The notes beneath the pieces were generated by a model, which ran no database searches, had not been told where the DNA came from, and saw nothing but the letters and a program-made list of their open reading frames with translations. Both the position numbers and the translations under genes were made by a program. A stretch of 64,000 nucleotides of DNA from Nitrospirota bacterium (lineage in GTDB: Bacteria > Nitrospirota > Thermodesulfovibrionia > Thermodesulfovibrionales > Dissulfurispiraceae). The stretch's first letter is position 1. Each line of letters starts with the position of its first letter. Of the stretch, positions 40,472-50,228 are shown piece after piece. The stretch lies in NCBI GenBank assembly GCA_040754455.1, contig JBFMCP010000006.1, positions 33,649 to 97,648 of the forward strand. Direction: 5' to 3'.

Positions 40472-41476
40472 ATGAACACTTCGCTCCTCCTCAATTCCGC
40501 TATCGGTACGTATGTCGTCCAATCGACGCTCCACGCGCTGATTGCGGCGCTGATTGTGGACAGGGGTCTTCAGGCCTGGAGTATCGAGCATCCTCTAATA
40601 CGGCAGCGGTTCAGGATCGCCGTCATTCAGGTTGCCCTTTTTTCATATCCTCTCTATCAGATGGTAAACCCGGAACGAGGATCTCTCCTCTTCAGACTCG
40701 GGGCGCTCTTCGATAGTGCACGATGGCTGAGCCTGGAACTCTGGGGATGGCTGCCCCTCGGCACACTCTTTGCGCTCATCCTGGTAATCACCACCCTTCT
40801 CTTTCTGTTCCAGGAGCTCATCCCTATCCTTAGACACGCCCGCACCCCCGCAAAGACCTCCTTTGTATGGAAAGAGTATGACTGCGAATCCTTTACGGGT
40901 GCGCCCTTGAAAACGGCGCCACAAGAATGCCCTAAAATATTTTTTGCCGAGACCGACGAGCTCTTCCTGTATTCCTCCACCGGAAGGAACACTGCGGTCT
41001 ATATCTCAAGCGGGCTCATTGCTGCACTCACTCCTGAACAGCTGCAGGCCGCGCTGGCACACGAAATCGCCCACATCAGAAGAAGCAGGCGGCCCCTGCT
41101 CATTGTCGTATTCATTCTGAGGATGGTGCTCTTCTTCAACCCTGTTGTCCTCCTCGAATTCAGGAGGATCACCCAGGAAGAGGAGAAAATTTGCGACGAC
41201 ATGGCGGCGGCATATAGCGGGACGCCGCATCATATGGCGGAGACCCTTAGGAAAATTCACCTCGCCGGGGCACCACATACCGATCCTCAGGGCAACACAC
41301 TCTCCCGCGTACGGCAGTCGCTTGAAGAATACAGTCATGCCGCCCATATAGCAACGAGGATCGCAAGACTTGAAGAGGAGACAGCAGCCGAAGACGTTTC
41401 CAAAGCGAACGGCAGATGGCCGCAGTTTATCTGCACCGTTATTATTGTTGCTGCCGTAAACTATTTTATCGTATGA
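40472..41476 (+). CDS. M56/M48 (BlaR1-like) membrane metallopeptidase
   Basis: Several TM helices, AHEIAH zinc motif, FFNPVV, EKICDD, RIARL. Confidence 0.82.
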   Translation: MNTSLLLNSAIGTYVVQSTLHALIAALIVDRGLQAWSIEHPLIRQRFRIAVIQVALFSYPLYQMVNPERGSLLFRLGALFDSARWLSLELWGWLPLGTLFALILVITTLLFLFQELIPILRHARTPAKTSFVWKEYDCESFTGAPLKTAPQECPKIFFAETDELFLYSSTGRNTAVYISSGLIAALTPEQLQAALAHEIAHIRRSRRPLLIVVFILRMVLFFNPVVLLEFRRITQEEEKICDDMAAAYSGTPHHMAETLRKIHLAGAPHTDPQGNTLSRVRQSLEEYSHAAHIATRIARLEEETAAEDVSKANGRWPQFICTVIIVAAVNYFIV

Positions 41477-42030
41477 TTAGGGCGGGATCGAACATGCATA
41501 CAACCGTTCTCCGTTTTATCTACTTTGCGATTACCGTCGCAGTCCTGCTGGTGGTCCTGAAGATGATCAACTGGCTTCCCCTCATTATCCAAAAGGAGAG
41601 CATGAGGCAGTACCACAGCATCGAGGAGATGCAGTCCAGGCTCAATATCGCGACCGTTTATATCCCTTCCTATTTCCCCCAACACCTTGCATGGCCGCCC
41701 TCGATCATCATCGCACAGCGCAAACCTTTTACTGCCGTTATCATGCATTTTCATTACCGGAACTCGGAAGAAGTCGGAATGGTGATACGGCAAGTACGTG
41801 CCGGGGAGCTCGCATTGCCTGATTCTGCTCTCGCGCTGCGAAAAGTTCTTCAAACGAGTAGTATCCTGATAAAAGACCGGAACGCCTTGCTGGAGACCGG
41901 CGAGTGTGATGGAGGAGCTTCCTGCAGCCGGGTATCCTGGGAGGAGGGGGGCCTTTCCATTACGGTTACGGCAAAGACCCCGCAGCGGGAGTTGATAAGG
42001 ATAGCCCGAAGCATGATCCCCTCACGATAG
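41473..42030 (+). CDS. Hypothetical membrane-anchored protein
   Basis: ATGA overlap with the previous stop; N-terminal TM helix; YIPSYFP...WPP; ELIRIARSM end; start could be 41494. Confidence 0.6.
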   Translation: MIRAGSNMHTTVLRFIYFAITVAVLLVVLKMINWLPLIIQKESMRQYHSIEEMQSRLNIATVYIPSYFPQHLAWPPSIIIAQRKPFTAVIMHFHYRNSEEVGMVIRQVRAGELALPDSALALRKVLQTSSILIKDRNALLETGECDGGASCSRVSWEEGGLSITVTAKTPQRELIRIARSMIPSR

Positions 42031-42076
42031 CGTACTGCGCAGGCAGGAAGGGGCTGCGCATAAAACAGCCGCCGTA

Positions 42077-42114
42077 TAGGACAAATTTCCCTCCCCACTA
42101 GGAACTTCTTCCAA
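42077..42114. promoter_or_regulatory. Two imperfect palindromic boxes, candidate response-regulator sites
   Basis: TAGGACAAATTTCCCT and TAGGAACTTCTTCCAA, starts 22 bp apart; TGGTATCGT extended -10-like motif follows. Confidence 0.4.
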
Positions 42115-42217
42115 TTGTCCGCCCCGCTCACGTTCTGGTATCGTTAAATCAAGAAGAGAGGATAAAGGAAAGAAAAGGGAAACGGGCGTAATAACAACCA
42201 CCACAAGGAGGCGTACC

Positions 42218-42598
42218 ATGTTACGGCTAGCACACAGAGGAGGAGAGAGAGTACGACGGGGTAATTACTGGAACTTCGGCACCGGCGAACGTATTACTGT
42301 CGTAAACCATGATGTCCTTCCGGGTGACGGCGCTGCCATCTATTACAAGGTATCTCCCCTGGCAATCCTTGCCGCGGGCCCGCTGCTCGGTCTTGCCTAT
42401 GCGGCGTTCCTGCCGTTCATCGGCATTGCCGCAGTCCTGAAGTTCACGATGACAAAGGCCGCCGCCGGAATCGTGCAGACTGCAGCCAGGCTGTCCGGCT
42501 TCGGGTGGAGACCCTCTGAGGCATATCTTTCGGGCAAGGCGTCTAAAAAGGTCGAGGACAAGAAAAATGACGGAGGACAGGAAACAGGGCATAATTAA
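42218..42598 (+). CDS. Small hypothetical membrane protein
   Basis: AAGGAGG RBS; GNYWN, LPGD, hydrophobic GPLLGLAYAAFLPFIG, WRPSEAYLSGK. Confidence 0.7.
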   Translation: MLRLAHRGGERVRRGNYWNFGTGERITVVNHDVLPGDGAAIYYKVSPLAILAAGPLLGLAYAAFLPFIGIAAVLKFTMTKAAAGIVQTAARLSGFGWRPSEAYLSGKASKKVEDKKNDGGQETGHN

Positions 42599-42651
42599 TT
42601 TATGAGGGGGCTTCGGATTACCATTCCGGGCCCCCTGTCGAGGAGGCATGT

Positions 42652-44043
42652 ATGTCGGCGCGATGGTACTTTGGTATAGTGCTGGGCCTTTTTCTCCTCT
42701 TCCCCCTTGCTCTTTCAGCTGCACCGGGTACGCTTTCGGAAGAGGACCGTCAGTGTCTCGCCTGTCACGAACAGGAGCAGGCGATGGTCTTCCAGAACGG
42801 CGAGAAGATATCGATCAAAGTCAATTCCCGGGACATCGGCGCCTCGGTGCACCGGATCATCGGGTGCTCCAATTGTCATAATTTTACCGCTGACACCCAC
42901 CCGAAAAGAAGCTTCAAAACGAAAGAACAGTACCATGCCTTTGCCTCAAGAATGTGTACGCGCTGCCACGTCTCCTACAAAACCGAGATCCATGCAAAGC
43001 TCATCAGCAAAGCACCGGCTGGGACGGTCTGTACCGATTGCCACGGTGCCCATACAGTCCGCCGCACGCGTGAAATGGCCCAGGGGAACCGGTACTGCCT
43101 GAGTTGCCACGGGAAGGACTCCCTCATGAGCTTCAAAAACGGTGAAAAGCTGTCCCTTCACATCAAAGAAGAACGTCTCAACCAATCGATCCATAAAGAT
43201 CTGAGCTGCAGCGATTGCCACTTCGGATTCTCTTCGGAAGACCATCCGGTACGGCACTTCAAGAACAAGCGGGATTATTCCATTGCCCTCTCGGAAAGCT
43301 GCCGGCGTTGTCATTTCGATAAATATACAAAGACCCTCGAGAGCATCCATTTCAACCTCCTCGCCAAGGGCAATCTGAATGCGCCGGTCTGTACCGATTG
43401 CCACGGCGCCCATTCAGTGCTCTCGGGCAGAAAAGAGAAGCTCGCCAATGCGAAGAAGTGCGAACAGTGTCATCCCGATATCTACCAGACGTATGCAAAA
43501 AGCGTCCATGGCGGTGCCCTCATATCGGAACACAACGATGATGTTCCGATATGCTCCGATTGCCACAAGGCGCATGATATCAGCGATCCACGGAGCACCG
43601 ATTTCCGGAACATGGTCCCCCAGATGTGCGGCAAGTGCCATGCAAACAAGGACATCATGGAAAAATACGGTCTCTCAACGGCGGTGGTCGACACCTATCT
43701 TCAGGACTTCCATGGCATTACCTTGAAATTCTACAAGAAAATGGGCAGTTCGAAACCTATTGCCGTCTGCATCGACTGCCACGGCATCCACGACATAACG
43801 AAGACGCATACCCCTAATACGAACCTTATCAAGGCCAATCTCGTCAAACGGTGTCAGAAGTGCCACCAGGACGCATCCATAGAGTTTCCCGAAAGCTGGA
43901 TCTCTCACTACGACCCCAGTATCAAAAAGGCGCCCATGGTATATATGGTGAATCTGGCCTATAAAATATTCATACCTTTTATGATCATCGGCCTGATCCT
44001 GCAGATTCTCCTGCATATCTGGCGCTATGCGATCAACAAATAG
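42652..44043 (+). CDS. Multiheme cytochrome c, 13 CxxCH motifs, C-terminal membrane anchor
   Basis: Signal peptide; CLACH, CSNCH, CTRCH, CTDCH, CLSCH, CSDCH, CRRCH, CTDCH, CEQCH, CSDCH, CGKCH, CIDCH, CQKCH. Confidence 0.92.
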   Translation: MSARWYFGIVLGLFLLFPLALSAAPGTLSEEDRQCLACHEQEQAMVFQNGEKISIKVNSRDIGASVHRIIGCSNCHNFTADTHPKRSFKTKEQYHAFASRMCTRCHVSYKTEIHAKLISKAPAGTVCTDCHGAHTVRRTREMAQGNRYCLSCHGKDSLMSFKNGEKLSLHIKEERLNQSIHKDLSCSDCHFGFSSEDHPVRHFKNKRDYSIALSESCRRCHFDKYTKTLESIHFNLLAKGNLNAPVCTDCHGAHSVLSGRKEKLANAKKCEQCHPDIYQTYAKSVHGGALISEHNDDVPICSDCHKAHDISDPRSTDFRNMVPQMCGKCHANKDIMEKYGLSTAVVDTYLQDFHGITLKFYKKMGSSKPIAVCIDCHGIHDITKTHTPNTNLIKANLVKRCQKCHQDASIEFPESWISHYDPSIKKAPMVYMVNLAYKIFIPFMIIGLILQILLHIWRYAINK

Positions 44044-44056
44044 AGGAGGGAGTACC

Positions 44057-44788
44057 ATGAAAGCGGCAGGCGGCGAATACATCAGAAGATTTCATCCTTA
44101 CCGGATTTTCGAGCATTGGGCCAATGCCCTCACCTTTATGGTCCTGGTCGTGACTGGCCTCTCGCAGAGGTTCCACGATTTCGCGACCTCGCAGTGGATC
44201 ATCATTGCCCTGGGCGGCATTGACACCACAAGGATCATCCATCGCTACACCGGCATCGTCTTCGCCATTCTGACACTCCAGCATATCCTTTCGGCATCCT
44301 TCGGTATTCTCTTCTTGAAATGGCAGCCCTCGATGATCATCCATAAGAAAGACTTTACCGACGCCATCGACAACCTGCGTTATTATTTCGGCCTTTCGGA
44401 ACATCCGGCACGGTGCGACCGGTTCGACTACAAGCAGAAATTCGAGTACTGGGGAGTCGTCATCGGCGGTATTCTCATGATCGTCACCGGTCTTGCGCTC
44501 TGGTTTCCGACGGTGGTGACGCGCGTGCTTCCCGGCGAGTTCATCCCTGTCTCAAAAGCGCTCCACACGAACGAGGCGCTGCTGGCCTTCCTGGTTATTA
44601 TCATCTGGCACGTCTACAACGCCATCTTCAGCCCCGAGGTCTTCCCCATCGACACCGTCATGTTTACGGGGAAGATTTCCCGCGAGCGGATGCTGCACGA
44701 ACATCCGATCGAATATGAGCGGCGGTTCGGCGTCCCGGCTGAGGAGGTGCCCACCCCTGCCATCGAAGGCACTACGCCGGTGCCTTGA
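44057..44788 (+). CDS. Cytochrome b, FdnI/CbcL-type membrane subunit
   Basis: RIFEHW, LVVTGL, RIIHR, QKFEYWG, HTNEALLA, WHVYN, HEHP. Confidence 0.85.
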   Translation: MKAAGGEYIRRFHPYRIFEHWANALTFMVLVVTGLSQRFHDFATSQWIIIALGGIDTTRIIHRYTGIVFAILTLQHILSASFGILFLKWQPSMIIHKKDFTDAIDNLRYYFGLSEHPARCDRFDYKQKFEYWGVVIGGILMIVTGLALWFPTVVTRVLPGEFIPVSKALHTNEALLAFLVIIIWHVYNAIFSPEVFPIDTVMFTGKISRERMLHEHPIEYERRFGVPAEEVPTPAIEGTTPVP

Positions 44789-44837
44789 CAGAGCCGGCGT
44801 TTTCAGTTATGGTTAACAGGGAAGGCACATACCTCTG

Positions 44838-46670
44838 ATGCGGAGAAAAATACTTGTTGCCATATTACTCAATGTCCTCGTCATATCGGTAACGCTCGGC
44901 ATCATCAGCAACCTTATCGTTAATGAAAGTATAAAACGCTCACTGCATGACCGCATTACCCTCTCCAGCATCATCGCCGATTACATCGAGATGTTGCTGC
45001 AGGGCAATCTCAACCGGCTTTATGATATCTCCCTTTCCGGAAAGATCGACCTGACCGACGGCGATTGGGAACCCGAAAAAAAGGCGCTCGAAACAGCATA
45101 CCGCTACTCCCTCTTTTCCGACGGCGTTTTCCTGCTGGACCGTTACGGCAACGAGCTGCTGACATACCCCTCACGTACGGAGTCAGCCGAAAACCTCACC
45201 TATATCAATTACGTCAATCAGGTGCTGCAGACCGGAAAGCCGGTGATCTCGAATATCTATACCATAGAGCCGATCAAGAAGCAGGTGATCTTTATCATGA
45301 CGCCGCTCAGGAACAAGGACGGCGGTATCGTCGGCATAGCAGGCGGCATGCTCAGTCCCACCAACCCCTTTATGAATCAGCTGCTCCAGACCATTAAACT
45401 AGAACAGAACAGCTATATAGAAATTGTCGATTACAACGAGATCGTCGTGGCCTCTGACAACCCTTCCCATGTCCTGAGACACCACAACCATGACCGCGCA
45501 TTGGGCAGAATGATCCGGGAGGCGCAATCGGGGATCAGGGAATGCCGGCATGGCTTCTCCCATCCGAAATCGGAAGCGGCAACGCTTGACCTCCTTGCCT
45601 TCGTCCCGCTCAAGATCGCTCCCTGGGGCGTCGTTGTAGGCCAGGCCGAGCATGATATCTTTGCCCCCTCGAAAAAACTGCAGAAAATATTTCTCGTACT
45701 GATCCTCACCTTTACCGGAACATCCCTCGTCTTCGCCATGGGCGTCAGCAAGGGCATTGTCCGGCCGCTCAAATCGCTCATTGATGAAACCAATAGAATC
45801 GCCGATGGCGATCTTTCACATCCAGTAAGCGGCATGGGCAGTGATGAGATTCTTCAGCTCAGCAAGAGTTTCGAGACCATGCGAAGAGAGCTCGCCGCAT
45901 CCCTCGAACGTATTCAGCGACAGAACGTAGAGCTTGAGCATCGCGTTGCCATGAGGACCATCCAGATACAGCAGAGCCGGCAGAAAGTCGAGAGCCTGCT
46001 CAAAAAAGTCATCTCTTCCCAGGAGGAGGAACGGAAGAGGATCGCCCGCGAGCTCCACGATGAGATACTGCAGGACATCTCGGCATGCCTCATCAACCTT
46101 GAGATATGCAAACTGTCTCCTGAAAGGATGAATGTGCAGAAAATCGATGAGATGAGAGAGATTGTGACAAAGAGCATCGACAATATCCATACGGTCATCC
46201 AGAACCTCAGGCCCTCGATGCTCGATGATCTCGGGCTTGATGCCGCCATTACCTGGCTCCTGAACAAAAACCTGAAGTCGCGGGGGATTACCTATTTTCT
46301 GACGATCAACCATCCCTCGGTCAGGAGATACCCTCCCCAGGTCGAGATACTGCTCTTCAGGATCATTCAGGAATCGATCACCAACATTGCGCGGCATGCG
46401 GGAGCGCAGAACGTCTTCGTCTGCCTCAGATCGGACGGCAAGGTCGCGAAGGTTGAAATAGAAGACGACGGCGAGGGATTCGATACACAGGAGGTACTCA
46501 GATATGTCGCCGAGAACGGAAGGGGTCTGGGACTGCTGGGAATGAAAGAGAGGGCAGCGCTGCTCGACGGAAGACTCCTCATATGCTCCGCTCCGGGGCA
46601 GGGGACAAGAATATCGGTGACCGTTCCGGTACCGTTAACGGAAGACGAATTGGAGGATGAACATGTCTAA
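44838..46670 (+). CDS. Sensor histidine kinase (Cache-like, HAMP, HisKA_3)
   Basis: QEEERKRIARELHDE, LRPSMLDDLGL, QESITNIARHA, DDGEGF, GLGLLGMKERA. Confidence 0.92.
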   Translation: MRRKILVAILLNVLVISVTLGIISNLIVNESIKRSLHDRITLSSIIADYIEMLLQGNLNRLYDISLSGKIDLTDGDWEPEKKALETAYRYSLFSDGVFLLDRYGNELLTYPSRTESAENLTYINYVNQVLQTGKPVISNIYTIEPIKKQVIFIMTPLRNKDGGIVGIAGGMLSPTNPFMNQLLQTIKLEQNSYIEIVDYNEIVVASDNPSHVLRHHNHDRALGRMIREAQSGIRECRHGFSHPKSEAATLDLLAFVPLKIAPWGVVVGQAEHDIFAPSKKLQKIFLVLILTFTGTSLVFAMGVSKGIVRPLKSLIDETNRIADGDLSHPVSGMGSDEILQLSKSFETMRRELAASLERIQRQNVELEHRVAMRTIQIQQSRQKVESLLKKVISSQEEERKRIARELHDEILQDISACLINLEICKLSPERMNVQKIDEMREIVTKSIDNIHTVIQNLRPSMLDDLGLDAAITWLLNKNLKSRGITYFLTINHPSVRRYPPQVEILLFRIIQESITNIARHAGAQNVFVCLRSDGKVAKVEIEDDGEGFDTQEVLRYVAENGRGLGLLGMKERAALLDGRLLICSAPGQGTRISVTVPVPLTEDELEDEHV

Positions 46671-47331
46671 AATTACTGTAATGATCGCAGATGATCACGC
46701 TTTGGTGCGGGAGGGGATCGCCGCATTTCTCAGAATGTGTGATGACATACAGGTCGTTGCCGAGGCCGCTGACGGTGTCGAGGCGATTGAGATATTCAAA
46801 AAGCATAAGCCTGATGTAGTGCTTATGGATATCTCGATGCCGAAGCTCGGCGGCCTGGAAGCCACTGTCGAGCTGAAAAAGATATGCCCTGATTGCAAGG
46901 TGCTCGTCCTCACCCAGTATGATGACCGTGAATATATCGCGCGCTTCCTGAAGGCAGGCGTTTCGGGCTACCTGCTCAAAAAGGCGGTGGGAAATGAGCT
47001 GATCTCCGCGATCAGGGCAGTGCACCGCGGGGAGTTTTACCTCTTTTCAGCAATTGCCTCGGAGGTGGTTGCGGGCTATCTCAACGCCGACCGCAAGCCG
47101 GATATCAGCGACCCTTACGAAAAGCTTACCGACCGGGAAAAACAGATACTGAAGCTGATTGCCGAAGGGCTGACGCACAAGGAAGTGGCTGATGTACTGA
47201 ACATCAGCGTCAAAACCGTCATCGCCCACCAGACGAATATCTGCGAAAAGCTCGATATCCACAACCGTTCGGGCCTCCTGAAGTTCGCCATACAGCGGGG
47301 GATCATCAAGATCGATATGGAGCACTTCTGA
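46657..47331 (+). CDS. NarL/LuxR-family response regulator
   Basis: IADDH, DVVLMDISMP, LTDREKQILKLIAEG HTH; start may be 46663. Confidence 0.93.
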   Translation: MNMSKITVMIADDHALVREGIAAFLRMCDDIQVVAEAADGVEAIEIFKKHKPDVVLMDISMPKLGGLEATVELKKICPDCKVLVLTQYDDREYIARFLKAGVSGYLLKKAVGNELISAIRAVHRGEFYLFSAIASEVVAGYLNADRKPDISDPYEKLTDREKQILKLIAEGLTHKEVADVLNISVKTVIAHQTNICEKLDIHNRSGLLKFAIQRGIIKIDMEHF

Positions 47332-47367
47332 AATTTCCCCGCTGGTTATAGTAGAATTAAGCTCAGC

Positions 47368-47811
47368 ATGAAAGCGCTGCTCCAGAGGGTCACCGCAGCA
47401 TCGGTCGAAGTCAACGGTTCCGTCATCGGACAGATCGGCAAAGGGCTCCTGCTCTTTCTGGGGGTCGAGAAAGGTGACGGTCCCGGGGATGCGGAGTATC
47501 TCGCAAAGAAAGTAGCGGGCCTCCGGATTTTCGAGGACCTGCAGGGCAAGATGAATCTTTCGGTACGCGATATCGCAGGGAGTGTTCTGGTCGTTTCACA
47601 GTTTACGCTGGCTGCGGACTGCCGTAAGGGGAACCGTCCTTCCTTTGACGCCGCGGAACTTCCCGACAAGGCACGGGAGCTCTACCACACATTCGTCGAC
47701 CGGTTGAAAGCGCACTCGCTCCAGGTCACCACCGGTGCATTCGGTGCCTCCATGAAAATACACCTGGTAAACGATGGTCCCGTGACCATTCTTGTCAATT
47801 CACGATCATAA
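47368..47811 (+). CDS. dtd: D-aminoacyl-tRNA deacylase
   Basis: QRV, LRIF, VSQFTL, GNRPSF, NDGPVT. Confidence 0.95.
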   Translation: MKALLQRVTAASVEVNGSVIGQIGKGLLLFLGVEKGDGPGDAEYLAKKVAGLRIFEDLQGKMNLSVRDIAGSVLVVSQFTLAADCRKGNRPSFDAAELPDKARELYHTFVDRLKAHSLQVTTGAFGASMKIHLVNDGPVTILVNSRS

Positions 47812-47812
47812 G

Positions 47813-49099
47813 ATGTGTATCCTGCTCGATTCCTTCCGCTCTTTTGTACGGGAACAGGGGATCGCGGAGCGTGTCTTTATCGTCGGCGGTGCGGTAAGGG
47901 ATATTCTCCTCGGCAGACCTCTGCAAGATATCGACATCGCCGTGCAGGGCGATGCTCTGGCAGTTGCAGAAACGTTTGCAGCGCGCATCGGCGCCACCTT
48001 TGTCCTCCTGGACAGGGAATTCAAGACCGCCCGTGTCGTCAGGGAGGGCAGTTTCCTGGATATCGCCGCACTCAGGGGGGGCTCCATTTTTGACGACCTC
48101 GGAGAACGCGATCTGACCATCAACGCCATGGCACTGCCCCTGGAGTACGAGGATGCCACGGCATCGATCATCGACCCTTACTCCGGCAGGTCTGACCTCT
48201 CCGGAAGAATTGTTCGTCTGATTGCAGAAAGCAACCTTATAAAAGATCCGCTGAGGGTTCTGAGAATATACCGGTTTGCCACTACCCTCTCCTTTGCGAT
48301 CGATGCCGCAACACGCAGTGCAGCGAAGCGGCATGCGCCGCTCCTGCAGTCGGTGGCAGGGGAGCGGATCGCCGATGAGATGCGCCATATTGTGAGTAGT
48401 CAGGATTCTTTCCCGATGATCCGGGCAATGGCGGAGGACGGTGTCATACAGCACGCGCTGCCTTGCTCCGGAATAGCAAGCGACGCCCTTATGCTCTACC
48501 GGCAGACCGAGGCAGTGCTCACGATGCTCTCCCGGTACTTTCCCGGCCATGCGCAGTTGTTCAGCCGCTACTTTGCCCTCGATTACCGGAAGATCGGTCT
48601 GAAATTGTCCACCCTCTTCTCCGACGCCCGGAGCGCAGAAAAGGCATCAGCAGACCTGCGGCTGTCTGTACGGGAGACCGAGTTCATCTCCACCATGGTA
48701 GTGCACCGCAGCACCATCATGCATCTCTACAGGAGCAGCACCCCCGATGATGCACGCCTCATCACCTTTCTAAAGGAATTCCGTGACGACCTCTACCCTC
48801 TCCTTATCCTTGCGATCGCCCTTTCAGAGACTGAGCACCAGGAGGACGCAGCAGCACTTCAGACATTTTGCCGCGACCTCCTCATCTTTTATCACGACAA
48901 ATTCATCCCGCGGCTGCGGATGCTGCCCCTCGTCACGGGAGACGATCTCATAAGGGAGTTTCACCTTTCACCTTCGCCCCTCTTTGGGACGATTCTCGGC
49001 GAGATCGAAGACGGGGTGCTCAAGGGGACTATTACTTCACGAGACGAGGCATTTGAGCTCGTCAAAACACTTCTTAAAGAAAAAGGGATCACACAATGA
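47813..49099 (+). CDS. Class II tRNA nucleotidyltransferase (probably CC-adding)
   Basis: VGGAVRDILLG...DIDI, RDLTINAMA, DPLRVLRIYRF, ERI. Confidence 0.85.
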   Translation: MCILLDSFRSFVREQGIAERVFIVGGAVRDILLGRPLQDIDIAVQGDALAVAETFAARIGATFVLLDREFKTARVVREGSFLDIAALRGGSIFDDLGERDLTINAMALPLEYEDATASIIDPYSGRSDLSGRIVRLIAESNLIKDPLRVLRIYRFATTLSFAIDAATRSAAKRHAPLLQSVAGERIADEMRHIVSSQDSFPMIRAMAEDGVIQHALPCSGIASDALMLYRQTEAVLTMLSRYFPGHAQLFSRYFALDYRKIGLKLSTLFSDARSAEKASADLRLSVRETEFISTMVVHRSTIMHLYRSSTPDDARLITFLKEFRDDLYPLLILAIALSETEHQEDAAALQTFCRDLLIFYHDKFIPRLRMLPLVTGDDLIREFHLSPSPLFGTILGEIEDGVLKGTITSRDEAFELVKTLLKEKGITQ

Positions 49100-49173
49100 C
49101 CTCTCTTCTCATCGGCTTTGCCGGCGGCTTTTTCTGAGGTCTCGTCGGCCTCGGCGGCGGCGTCATTATGATA
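49096..49173 (+). pseudogene. Remnant of a TauE/SafE (TSUP) transporter N-terminus
   Basis: MTSLLIGFAGGFF*GLVGLGGGVIMI with in-frame TGA at 49135; similarity lost after ~26 codons. Confidence 0.6.
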
Positions 49174-49217
49174 CGGATCATAAAGTGCCGCTCTGCCGTA
49201 TTGTATAATAAAAGATT

Positions 49218-50219
49218 ATGACTACGATAAATAGATCACATCTAAGAAAAATACGAAGCCTCGTACAGTGGGCGGTGTTCCTGATGATCCTGTACGCAGG
49301 TATCAGCTTCTCATCCTTCGTACAGGCCCTTGAGCGGGGCGACATTCCTTCATTCTCCCGCTCACCTTCGATCGAGGGCTTCATGCCCATCGGTGCTCTC
49401 ATGGCATTCAAGCTCTGGATCACTGAGGGCATCTTCGATCCTGTGCACCCCGCCGGTCTGGTGCTTTTCATCGGCGCCGTTTCCCTTGCAGTGGTAATGA
49501 AGAAATCCTTTTGCTCCTGGATATGCCCTGTCGGCACCCTCTCCGAGGCAGTGGGGACCATAGGCAAAACAGTATTTGGAAAGAACCATGCAATCCCTCG
49601 CCCTGTCGATTACGCGCTCAGGTCACTGAAATACATCCTTATGTTTTTCTTCCTCAACGTCATTCTCATAAAAATGGATCCTCCACAGATCGCGCTCTTT
49701 CTAAACACCCCCTACTGGAAGGTCGCTGATGTCAAGCTTCTGAAGTTTTTTACCGAGATGTCACTGACGACAACGGTTACGCTGGGTGTTCTCTTTGGAG
49801 TGTCGTTGTTCTACAAGAACTTCTGGTGCCGGTACCTCTGTCCCTACGGCGGACTACTGGGACTCCTGAGCATGTTGAGCCCGGTGAAGATACGGAGGGA
49901 GGAGACTCTTTGTATTCAGTGCGGTGCATGTACACAGAACTGCCCCTCCCGCATCCCGGTGCACACAAAGAGGACCATCCGTACCCCCGAGTGCACCGGC
50001 TGTCTCACCTGCGTCAGCCGCTGTCCGGCGCAAGGAGCGCTCGACGCAGCTGTAGCGGGAGGAAAGGCCCTCAGGCCCGAGCTCTTTGCGGCTCTCGTCG
50101 TTGTGCTGTTCTTCGGTCTGATTATGACGGCAAAAGCGGCAGGCGTGTGGTATTCGTCAGTGAGCCCCCGGGAGCTTATGGTGCTCATCTCCTCTTTGCA
50201 GCACCTAACGCACCCGTAA
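49218..50219 (+). CDS. Membrane 4Fe-4S binding protein (YccM/NapH-like)
   Basis: FCSWICPVG, WCRYLCPYG, CIQCGACTQNCP, CTGCLTCVSRCP. Confidence 0.85.
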   Translation: MTTINRSHLRKIRSLVQWAVFLMILYAGISFSSFVQALERGDIPSFSRSPSIEGFMPIGALMAFKLWITEGIFDPVHPAGLVLFIGAVSLAVVMKKSFCSWICPVGTLSEAVGTIGKTVFGKNHAIPRPVDYALRSLKYILMFFFLNVILIKMDPPQIALFLNTPYWKVADVKLLKFFTEMSLTTTVTLGVLFGVSLFYKNFWCRYLCPYGGLLGLLSMLSPVKIRREETLCIQCGACTQNCPSRIPVHTKRTIRTPECTGCLTCVSRCPAQGALDAAVAGGKALRPELFAALVVVLFFGLIMTAKAAGVWYSSVSPRELMVLISSLQHLTHP

Positions 50220-50228
50220 AAGGTTGCT

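Noticed and set aside
49135..49137. In-frame TGA as selenocysteine
   Set aside because: It aligns to a Gly position of a transporter helix and the gene is truncated; a nonsense mutation is simpler
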